From contig CM119267.1 of the NCBI GenBank assembly GCA_051294375.1, positions 19,154,773 through 19,218,772 on the forward strand: a DNA stretch of 64,000 nt, written 5' to 3'. This document shows positions 12,965 through 24,383 of this stretch, piece by piece; positions within the stretch are counted from its first letter, which is position 1, and the number at the start of each line of letters is the position of its first letter. The position numbers were made by a program, and so were the translations under genes. This stretch comes from Paraspadella gotoi (Eukaryota > Animalia > Chaetognatha). Under the pieces are notes generated by a model. That model was not told the origin of the DNA. It saw only the letters and a list, made by a program, of their open reading frames with translations, and ran no database searches.

Positions 12965-13011
12965 GCTTGAACAACGACGGCGACGATGTTCCGTCAATTT
13001 CTCAGTCGCTG
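12965..13011 (+). CDS. Internal coding exon D, 47 nt (phase 1 to phase 0): (S)LNNDGDDVPSISQSL
   Basis: Pyrimidine tract plus ttaccAG acceptor and a consensus ctg|GTAAGT donor. a+gc = Ser joins exon C in frame. Confidence 0.8.
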
Positions 13012-14156
13012 GTAAGTAAAATAATATCTTATATAAAATGTACGCTCTTATTAATAAATAAGTTATGGTTTGCGCGATGGTTTATTTGTTGCGCTTGTGC
13101 ACTAATTAAATAAGGCAGGGGGTTATACCGTTTGATTCTTGTCAGCTCTCGGAAAACTGGTTCACCGTTGATCTTTTGTTGTCGATAGGATTTTCTGAAG
13201 TTTTTATAGATGGCAGTGTATGCCAGAGATTTTTCGAGAAGCCAATGATTGAACGAAAGAACATAGATTTTTTTCCCCCATTATATTCGAAATTAATGTG
13301 GATTTAGGCTATGTAGTATGGAAAATAACATGTTTTTTTTAATTTTAGTAAAAAGAACGGCCTTGAAAAAAGTAACAAAGACTAAAAATAAATTGATGCT
13401 TTATGTTTAAAATTTAGTTAATCAATCAGGCAACTTTCCGTTTCCGAATCGACATTTCATAAATCTCGTTTATGACGTATTTCTTTGTCAGCCAACTTTT
13501 AACATGTCATTAATTTCAACTAATTAATTCTTTGCGGTTAAAAAAATGAAGAAATCTAAACGCTGAGGAGCGCAATCAAATGAGGAATTTCTTTCTTTAT
13601 TGACTTTGTTAGCGAAGGCGGCAATTCAAACAATAATCTCTCTCNNNNNNNNNNNNNNNNNNNNNNNNNNNNNNNNNNNNNNNNNNNNNNNNNNNNNNNN
13701 NNNNNNNNNNNNNNNNNNNNNNNNNNNNNNNNNNNNNNNNNNNNNNNNNNNNNNNNNNNNNNNNNNNNNNNNNNNNNNNNNNNNNNNNNNNNCTCTCTCT
13801 TTCTCTGTCGTGTCGCTGAGCGCAACGTTCCCTAAGCGTAGGTAAGTAGAAACATTTAGACAAGGTTGTTTGACGAGAGATTGAAAACAAGAAAAGAAAG
13901 AAAATAAGGAAAGAAACAAATAAGAAAAGATATTTATGAAAAGACGAAAGAGAGACAGAGAAAAAAAATGTAACAGCGAAGATTCGTTCCAAAATAATCT
14001 CTCTCTCTCTCTCTCNNNNNNNNNNNNNNNNNNNNNNNNNNNNNNNNNNNNNNNNNNNNNNNNNNNNNNNNNNNNNNNNNNNNNNNNNNNNNNNNNNNNN
14101 NNNNNNNNNNNNNNNNNNNNNNNNNNNNNNNNNNNNNNNNNNNNNNNNNNNNNNNN

Positions 14157-14195
<39 letters not shown>

Positions 14196-14216
14196 AGTTA
14201 ATTTGCATAAATTCGC

Positions 14217-14542
14217 GGGGAAATCCGTTCTTTCCGCGTTTTTTTTTCTTTCCATTTTTCTAATTTCTTTTATTTTTTTCTTTCCCTTTTTTCTGCCTTC
14301 GTTTATATCAGTATCTCCCAACTTTATTTTTCTTGGCGCTTTGAAAAACCACACACACCCGGGAACAAAAAGAGAAAGAGAGAATGAGGGAGAGAGAGAT
14401 TGAAATTATTTTGGGATGAGTTAACGCGCGATTTGGAGCGAATAACTGACGTCAAGGATTATAATTAAAAGTGAAATGATGACATCAGACATGAGTATCG
14501 CCCAGAGGCGACCGCAGTTTCGTTTCAAGGAAAAGGGGAGAA

Positions 14543-14580
<38 letters not shown>

Positions 14581-15415
14581 TCTCTCTTTTTCTCTCTCTC
14601 TCTCAAAAACTCACAATGACTTTTGGAAAAATCTCTCTATTCCTTCGGATTTTATTTCATTTTCGATACTCGAACCGATAAATGTGAAATTCTTAATGTC
14701 AAACATTATGTCTTAGAATAAAGAACCCGACGAATTTAACACTTCTTTATTGAAATAGCCTTCGAACTTTTTCATGGAATCGATTCTTTTTATTCCGTAA
14801 TTTTTTTTTTATCTTTTTTTTTTATCAAGATTTTATTGCAAATAACTCTTTCTCATTTCTTCTCTTGTTCTCTCTCTCGCTTTCTCTCTCTTTGGCGGCG
14901 TCTGACTCATGTAAAAAGATTTTTGGCGTAACGATCGCCAAAGGATCTCGAGAGGGGGTCATGATCGAAAAGTGTGCTCGCGCATATAAAAACACCGCGC
15001 ATACCTTATGTGTTTTCCTTTTTCCCCCTGACTTCGTGAACCGTAAAACCGTCAGGTTCTCGTTAGAATTTATGTTTTTGAAATTCGAGATCGATTCTGC
15101 GGCTGTGGGAAAAACTCTTTACTCTCTCTCTCTCTCTCTCTCTCTCTTCGTAAAACGATCAGCCATAAGTACTGGTCCGAGATCTGCGATTAGGGGTCAT
15201 TGATCGAATAAGTGCTGCTCGCGCAGTATAAAAACACCGCGCATTACCTGTGTATGTTTTCCTTTTTTCCCCCGCTGACTTCGGTGAACCGTAAAACTCG
15301 TCAGTGTTCTCGTTGTAGAATTTATGTTTTTGAAATTCGAGAATCATTCTGCGGGCTGTGGGAGAAAAGACTCGTTTTACTCTCTCTCTTCTCTCTCTCT
15401 CTCTCTCATGCTCTC

Positions 15416-15467
<52 letters not shown>

Positions 15468-16014
15468 NNNNNNNNNNNNNNNNNNNNNNNNNTCTCTCGT
15501 CCATTGACATTCCGTCAGTCTCGTCTCCATCGGAACGCCCGGTCGCCGAACTCTGGGAACTGTTATAACGATCACACATTTTGATTTAGAAGCAAAAGGG
15601 AGGACCTGCGAGAGTTTATTTATTCAAATGTGATTGAAATTTATTTATACTTAAAAAATGAATTCTCAGCGGCGTTAGAGATCTGTTATCGACTGAACGC
15701 TATTATGGGTTTTTGAATAATTACTAAAATAGTTACAGCTTTATACTCTTTTCTTTTTTTTTACAAAATCTGGTGGACAAAAACCGATCATCGACTTAAT
15801 ATTTTTAAGTCGCCTCGCGTCTGAAAAATGTTACTGGACGCCCCATAACAAGATTGTTACGATATATATGTATTTTTTTTATAGGAGACAGAGATTGGGT
15901 GAGTTTTGGGTCGAGGTAAGTTTCATTTCTTTTGTTCTTTCAACATTCCAATCTTTTTTTTCTTTATTACTCCCACTTAAAAATTCCAGTTTTGAATCGG
16001 TTCGTGTTTTTTTC

Positions 16015-16046
<32 letters not shown>

Positions 16047-17096
16047 GGGGAGAAGTTGAAATCCATGCCGTTTCTGTTTCCGCGTTTTTTATTTTTTTTT
16101 TTTTTTTTTTTTTTCTTTCCAATTTTTCTAATTTCTTTTATTTTTTCTTTTCGCCTTTTCTGCCTTCTTTTATATCAGTCATTCTCCCATAAACTTATTT
16201 TCTTTTGGCGCTTTGAAAAACCACACACAACCCCAGGGAACAAAAAGAGGAAAGAGGAGAGATGACGGTGATGAAAAGATTGAATTATTTTTGGGATGAG
16301 TTAGTTAACGCGCTATTGGAGCGAAACACCGCAGTCAGGATTATAATTAAGTGAAATTGTGACATCAGGACATGGTATCGCCCAGAGGCGACCGCAGTTT
16401 CGTTTCAAGGAGAATAGGGGAAGAAATTCTCTCTCTCTCTCTTCTCTCGTCTCTCTCGCCTCTCTCTCTCTCTCTCTCTCCTGCTCGATCCTCTCTTTGT
16501 TCTCTCTCTCTCTCAAAAAAACTCACAATGACTTTGGAAAATCTCTCTATTCCTTGGATTTTATTTGCATTTTCGGATACTCGAACCGATAATGTGAAAT
16601 TCTTAATGTCAAACATTATGTCTTTAGAATACAAGAACCCGACGAATTGTAAACACTTCTTTATTGAAATATCCTTCGAACTTTTTCATGGAATCCGATT
16701 CTTTTTATTCCGTATTTTTTTTTTATTCTTTTTTTTTATCAAGATTTTATTGCAATTAACTCTGTTCTCATTTCTTCTCTGTTCTCTCTCTCGGCTTCTC
16801 TCTCTCTTTGGGCGGAGTCTGACTCATGTAAAAAAGATTTTTGGCCTCTCGTAACGATCAGCCAAAGGGATGGTCAGTCGCATTAGGGGGTCATTGATCG
16901 AAAAATGCTGTGCTCGCCGCCAGTATAAAAAAACACCTGCGCATTACCTAGTGTATGTTTTCCTTTTTTCCCCGCGCTGACTTCGGTGAACCGTAAAACC
17001 GTCATGGTTCTCGTTAGAATTTATTGTTTTTGAAATTCGAGAGATTCGATTCTGCGGCTGTGGGAAAAAACTCTTTACTCTCTCTCTCTCTTCTCT

Positions 17097-17161
<65 letters not shown>

Positions 17162-17758
17162 CATTGAACATTCCGTCAGTCTCGTCTCCATTCGGAACGC
17201 CCGTCGCCGAACTCTGGGAAACTGTTAATAACGATCACACATTTGATTTAGAAGCAAAAGGGTGAGGACCGTGCGAGAGGTTTATTTTATTCAAATGTGT
17301 ATTGAAATTTATTTATACTTAAAAAGATGAATTTCTCAGCGGCGTTAGGGATCTGTTATCGACTGAACGCTATTATGGGTTTTTGAATAATTACTAAAAT
17401 AGTACAGCTTTATACTCTCTTTCTTTTTTTTACAAAATGTCTGTGGACAAAAACCGGATCATCGACTTATATATTTTAAGCTCGGCCTTCGCGTCTGAAA
17501 AAGATGTTTACTGGACGCCCCATAACAAATTGTTACGATATATTATGTATTTTTTTTTATAGGGAGACAGAGATTGGGGTGAGTTTTGAGGTCGAGGTAA
17601 CGTTTCATTTCTTTTGTTCTTTCAACGATTCCAATCTTTTTTTTCTTTATGTACTCCCACTTAAAGAATTCCAGTCTTTTGATTCAGCGTTCGTGTTTTT
17701 TTTTCTTCTCTCTTTCGTCTCTCTTCTCATCTCTCTCATCTCTTCTCTCTCTCTGCAT

Positions 17759-17790
<32 letters not shown>
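14217..17790 (+). repeat. Tandem duplication of an approximately 1.8-kb unit (14217-16035 and about 16050-17790), with an extra internal duplication at 14925-15150 / 15150-15467
   Basis: Shared anchors include cgcccagaggcgaccgcagtttcgtttcaagg at 14499 and 16379, and gatctgttatcgactgaacgctattatggg at 15680 and 17350. Confidence 0.9.
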
Positions 17791-17795
<5 letters not shown>

Positions 17796-17939
17796 CTCGA
17801 CTCATTAAATTTGTAAAAGGAACCGCATTTTTACTGCATCTTAGCCTTTTGTCCGGAAAGGAAAAGAAATATAAAAGAGGAGATGAAGAGGAGAAGAGAG
17901 AGAGAGATGAGAGANNNNNNNNNNNNNNNNNNNNNNNNN

Positions 17940-17972
<33 letters not shown>

Positions 17973-19531
17973 GGAAGGATCATGATTTCGTGTGTTCCGA
18001 GTTTTTGCGGAAGCTTACGTCATCCTTACCTATCTTTTTTCTGTCTCTTCTATTTTTTTCTCTCTTCTCTTTAATTATCTACTTTCTTTGTCCACTTATC
18101 ACCATTTTCCCGTCCTTTTTTCACTTATCGATTTCTTGGACTCTTTTTTGCTGAAAGTTGTTCTTTCCCCTTTTTTCCACGATTCTACTCAGCAGTCATG
18201 TTTCTCGATTTTCTGCGTCTATTTTTTTTTCTTTGGTTTTTATCCTCTATTTTCCTATTTATTTCTTCAGCGATTTTTTTGTTTTTTTTGTTTATTGTTA
18301 TTTTATCTTATTTGGTTATCAATCACTGATCATTGAGAAATATATCATATATTTAATACTTAATTAAGTGCAATTAAATTCCTTTTGTGGTCAAAGCGAA
18401 CTATTCCAATTGTTATGAAATTGGTACAACCAATATAAAATTATCCATTCATTTCATTCATAAAATTGACATAAGATTGATTAAGAGTATTACGCAAGTA
18501 ATATAGAATATAAATAAATAAGCACTGTAATAAAAGAGAAAAAACAAGAGCAAGACTTAAATAATATTTAGATATTAGTTAGATATCACAACGCCCCCTC
18601 TCCAACCCCCTCTTTGTAACCCAAACCCCCCTGGCCCCGCTGATCCCATCCCCCCTTTAACCCTGGCGCCCTCTCATCCCTAAACCTTCAGCTGCGTCGC
18701 CCACGGATTTTCCTTTTTTTTCCTTACGTCCATCGTCTTTGGCTTCGACTTTATTACTATTTTTAATGAAGCTTAAAACTCCTCTATTGCTCTTTTTTTT
18801 TCTTTTGAAAAAATTCCATTCTTTGGTTTTAAATCCTTGTTTTTCTTTTTAGACTTAAATTCATTATTTTTGTGAAAGAGAAAAAGGAAAGAGCAGGAAT
18901 TTTTCGTTTCTTTTTTTCTCTCTCTCTCTTATATTTTTGAGAATTGTTGAATTGTTTTTAAAATCTCTTATTTTAGTTTGTGGCTCAGAGAGATAAGAAA
19001 ATTTAAAAGAGAGAAAAGTGGAGAGAGAGCTAAAAAAATAATAATGATAAGGAACACTTATAAGCAAAACATAAAAAAATAACAATCTTGGTAGTTTTGA
19101 TAAGTCCAAATAACGTTGTCAGGTCGCGGATTTTCAAATCATATTCGTTTTTTTCACGACGCTGGCGACTCGTGCTGGCGTCGTCGTTCAACACAAAAAT
19201 TATAATTAAAGTAAACATACGAACATCGTTTTTTTAACTGCTTGGGAGATAAGTTCTTTATAAGTTTTTATTATATGGTAACCTAAGAAAGAAAATCGTT
19301 ATTTTTATTGCTTTTCGATTACAACTACGTGAAGACGTCAAAATTCGCCAAATTAAAAAACTATATTTTTTCTCTAGAAATATTTTATGACGTATTTTAT
19401 AAAACATAAATCAGTAGATTAAGATTAGTCAGCGTTACTCACTCATTCTTTCACAACAGAAAATTATGACATAGAAGTCTCGGCCGCGACTTTCAAAAAT
19501 ATTTACTCATTTCCCCGATGTCTCAGCCCCG

Positions 19532-19677
<146 letters not shown>

Positions 19678-20001
19678 TCGTTCTATGTCGAGGGTGTCTC
19701 GTTATCATTCGCACATCTTTGCTTCAACCTTTTTCCTTCTTTAATCTCTGGGAAAATAAATAAAAAGAAAAAACTTGGAAAGAAAAAAAATCCGTCACGA
19801 AAATTTTCAAAAGACGGGATGCTACTTTGAAGAGTCAAAATATTTTTAAAGAAAAAGATGCACGAAATGAGATTTTTTTTCACCTTCTCTTCTTTTTTTT
19901 TCTCTCTCTTCTTTTTCCGACATTTTCCTACTTTCCATGATTTCTATTTGGTCTGCAAAGTTAAGAAAGACTCAATTTTGGGATGAAATAAAAAACTCTA
20001 A

Positions 20002-20069
<68 letters not shown>

Positions 20070-20565
20070 CGAGCGCTACATTCTCCAAACTTAAAGTTCA
20101 CTTTTTCAAAAAGATTTCAGTTGATAAATATTAAGACTTTTTTTCTCTCTCCTTTTCTCTCTTCTCTCTCCTGAGCAACTATGGAAACAATTTCGAATTT
20201 TTTTTTCTCTCAATTTTTTCGACGCCACTTGTGATAGAAAACAACAAATGAACAAAAAAAAAGTCGCGAAATAAATCCGACGCGCGGAATATAAAAACCG
20301 AAATTCCCAGTAAATCAGTCCGTCTGTCCGTCAGTCGTCCAAGTTTATGTAGTTTTTTTTTTCTTTTAGTTCGAGCACGCAGTGGGACAAAGACGCCCTG
20401 ACGAGCGTTGGTTTCTTTCACTTTTTAACCTTTAATTTCTTGTTACTAAGTTTTTTTTTCCTTAGTTTATTCGTCATTTTTGTACGAGTTCCAGTTTGGC
20501 CATTATAGATTTTTCAGTTTGCCAATGATCATCCTGACTTTTTTTTTCTCTGCTCTCTCTCTTCT

Positions 20566-20616
<51 letters not shown>

Positions 20617-21340
20617 CTCTTCTCTCTCTCTCTCTCGTCGATAATGCGCTAAAAATTTGTTGTTAAGAAAAGAAACAACCCAAAAGGTGAAAATGAAAGT
20701 TGTTTGGATTAAAGAAAGAAAGAACGGGAAAACATCATTAAAGTTTAATTCAAAAAATTCGACTCGTGAATTTGAAAATGAATAATGGCTTTTTTAAAAA
20801 ATGAAGGGTGAACCCGCCGGATCCCCGCTCGGATTCCCCGGCCGGGTTCCGGGCCAACCACGTGCTAACTTTTTCCTACCGCTTCCTCGAAAAATGTCGA
20901 TTGAGAGAAATTAACCTTTGACCCTTTTTCGATTGCCTCATCCGTTACTGAAACGACGGGAAGACGGTGATCGTTGAGGTCGGCTCCACAAACACTATCT
21001 AGGAAAAAAAAGTATATAATATCATTCATTTATTCAATAAAAAGTATATAAAACATGGGTAAAACATTCTCAATATTTGGTATGCCCTTCCTCGGCATCG
21101 ACTACTACCATTTTTCATTTGAAGTAACATTATTTTTTGGCCTGTAACTTTTAAACAATTTAACCTACAAAAAAATGAAAGGAAGCTACTGAAAGGAAAT
21201 TCAATGTAAACCCGGAAACATTATAATTTTTTTTTAAATCAAACAAGTTTTCGAATAGATATCCTTTATTAAAACTGTTATATACTTTTTTCTTTTCTAC
21301 AAAACCTACAAACCTACAAATCCTCTAGTTTCCCTCATAT

Positions 21341-21486
21341 ATTGAAAGCTTTCCAGAGACCTGCTCTGTCATTATCTTGTAAGAGTGATGGAGGCCTTAA
21401 ACCACCAAAGCCTGTCCAAAGTCAGGGACGAGATAGCTTATTTATTAAATGAATGGATAATTTTTATATTGGTTGTACCAATTTCA
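21341..21486 (-). mobile_element. Single partial unit of the same 345-bp repeat family (assembly duplicate at 39725-39868; short + strand piece at about 18415-18452)
   Basis: aaaccaccaaagcctgtccaaagtcagg...ggataatttttatattggttgtaccaatttca is the reverse complement of the 51.1-52.2 kb unit. Calling it mobile is inferred from its dispersal. Confidence 0.6.
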
Positions 21487-22815
21487 TTTCAACTTGTAGG
21501 GCGTGCCGAGTCCCGGGAGAAGGGGGGGTGGAACGAAAATCTTGACTCGTTTTTTTGAACCGGGGTCAAATTAAAAATTCACTTTTTTGGGTTTTTTTTT
21601 TTCTTTTCAAAACAAAAGAGGAAAAAAATTACGACGAAGTTTTTCTCGGTTGACAAATTGAAATCTTGTGATCGGATTCCTTCTGGTTTAATTGGCTTAA
21701 AATATCGAACGCGTTCGTTCAGCCAGAAAATTTCAAATCGATTTTTTTTAATCTGCTTTCTTTAGCTTAGGCCCAGGAAAATCTTGTGAAAGATATTCAT
21801 TATCATAAATTGTCTCTTCGTTTTTGTTAGGTCTAATAAAAGAATTTCGTATCAAATATTGAAAAAAAAAAGATTTCATTATCATATTTTGCCTTATTTC
21901 CAATTAGTCATTATTCCGTTTATTTTTTTTTCAAACGCAACCACGCGTCATTGAAAAACATTTTACACTCCTCAAACTAAGATTAATGAGATTGACCCCG
22001 GAACAGAGAAAGGGCACGCGTGCGAAACGGTTTTTTAAAAAAAGGGGTCACCTACTCTCGATCATAAAAAAATAGAGTTTTAGTCTCGATTTTTCTTTAA
22101 TTTTGCTTTCCTTAAAGTATTTTTTTTCCTTCCGGCAAACCGGTTTAATTAGCTTATAGAATTAAAGAAAATTAAGATTAATCGAAAAAAAAAAACGAAT
22201 GAATTATTGTTTTTTCTTAAAAGAATCGTTTAAAAAAAAGAAAGACAATTTTGGATCCGCTGAACGATTTATTCCTGAAATCCAGCTTTCTCTCAACAAT
22301 GTTCAGTGATCATGCCCCAGAAAATTGTAGTTTTTGACATAGAAAAGTATAAGTTTAAATTTCAGTTATTCAAGAATAACGCTGTTCGAATGATAATTGG
22401 TAATTATGCCCGGTGACGAGAAATTTATAAATTTTTTGAGCATTTTCAAAAGAATAATATATTTTTGAAACCTTTCTCCCGATATATTTTGCGTTTCAAT
22501 TGTGCCCCAAGTTTAAACAGGATGCTCTTGATCAAAGAAAAAGAAATAGGCCAAAATTGAATGTTTAAAGAGTCTATCTCTTTCTCTCCCTCTCAGGATT
22601 TTGTGTTGTCTTTTTTTTTCTATTGTCTGGAGTTTTATCCTAAATGTCTCGTTTGCGATTGTCATCAGCTGTGTTTTGAAAACAACGAAGTCTGAGTTAA
22701 CTCCAGCTGGACGCGATTCGAAAACGAGAAAGATTATAACTAGAATAATATCATTTAATCGATTTAAATTAAATTGAATTTAAATTAATCGATTTCTTTC
22801 ATGTCAATTTACCCC

Positions 22816-22820
22816 AAAAA
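22816..22820 (-). terminator. Pol III terminator (T5) of the tRNA-Ile gene
   Basis: TTTTT on the - strand, 4 nt downstream of the tRNA discriminator base. Confidence 0.75.
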
Positions 22821-22824
22821 GCGG

Positions 22825-22922
22825 TGCTCCAGGTGAGGCTCGAACTCACAACCTCCGCATAACTCGGTTGAGCCTATACTGTTGTATAAGTACGGCGCGC
22901 TAACCGATTGCGCCACTGGAGC
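22825..22922 (-). tRNA. tRNA-Ile-TAT: tRNA-Ile (anticodon TAT) with a 24-nt intron at 22861-22884
   Basis: The reverse complement reads GCTCCAGTGGCGCAATCGGTTAGCGCGCCGTACTTATA-[CAACAGTATAGGCTCAACCGAGTT]-ATGCGGAGGTTGTGAGTTCGAGCCTCACCTGGAGCA. This is the canonical metazoan Ile-TAT body with intact A and B boxes, anticodon stem CCGTA/TGCGG, and the intron one base 3' of the anticodon. Confidence 0.95.
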
Positions 22923-23189
22923 CCTTTTTGTCTGTTACTCATCGATGAGTTATGCTTTTAAAATGTTCACAAATCCTTTTAACGCACAAGTGTTCATTTG
23001 TATTCGTATCACAAAATGAAATCTCAATTACTCATCTTTTGACTCATCTATTTTTTTTNNNNNNNNNNNNNNNNNNNNNNNNNAAAAGAGAGAGATGTAA
23101 AAGCATAATAGAATTCCATCAATAAGCTTTCTTGCCCCTATGCCCCAAATGCCGCCAAATTCCCCAAATGCCCCAAATGCCCCAATCCT

Positions 23190-24343
23190 CACAAAAAGAA
23201 AGTTATCCTTTTTATTCGATAATGTTATAAGGATAACTTAAAAAAAAATCATTATTACTTTACAATTTATTTAGCTTATGTAAACACCAAGGGTTGTGAA
23301 GTAAGCTCTTCCAGCCTTCATGACCCTCAAAAAGATGAAAAGCACAACCAATGGGTGCATTTCGTTTCGAAACAACTGCATCTCGGGTTTAATACACTCA
23401 CGCGCATATCCAGACTACGCTTGGTGCACAATAAAAATAACACTTTTTATAATTTGATTAATTAATCTAAACTTAATACCAAAATTTTATCTTCCTTCAT
23501 TCTAATTTTTGTTTTGTTTATTTTAGTTTCGTAAAAAAAATAAACAGCGGGTCGTTCTCTCGGTTGCCAAGTTTAAGCAGAAACCATATGGATGAAAAAT
23601 GAAAGGAGAAAAAAAAAAAAGAAGAAAGAAAAAAAACGGCGGAAAAAGAAATTCGGAGACCGTCCGCGACCCTTGGCGGTTTCTTGTCGGATAACAACAA
23701 GAATCGAACCTCCAAAAAAAGAGGTTTCTCTGTTAAGAACCTTGTGTAGAATGAAGTGTAAAAAAAAATCTCATCTAACAGCAAGGAGTTGGTAATACAA
23801 CTTTCCTTTTATCAAAGATATGATTTAGCTTTTCAAAAACTGCTAAATTTAAGTAACGCAATAAATAAATATATATATATAAATTTGCCATATAAGCAAA
23901 TTTTGAGTATTGACTTACGTAAAATAACTTTTGTCCGACTCCAGACGTCACCAGAAATTCAACTTTTTCGGTTTCTTCTTCCAAAAAACGCAACTTTTTT
24001 CTTTTCATCGTCATCCGGGGAAAAACGAAGGGAAGACAAACAAAACACACACAACACAAAAAAAACAACAACAACAAATAAGTAAAAAACCCGAGAAAAC
24101 AAACGAGTCAGATCCAGTTCGTTTTTGGAAAACGATGTTCGCCCTCGATTCACTCCTTTGTTTTGGAGTTAACTTCGGGTTTTTTTTTTATTGTTTCTTT
24201 TTTTTATTTTCCAGTTTTTTTGTTCGAGTTATTTATCTTTTTGTTGAGTTGTTGTTATTGCTGGTCGTTGTTGTCCTCGGCGGGCGGGAGATTCTGACGT
24301 CAGGCGAAAAGAGATTCGATTCTCTCTCTCTCTCTCTCTCTCG

Positions 24344-24383
<40 letters not shown>

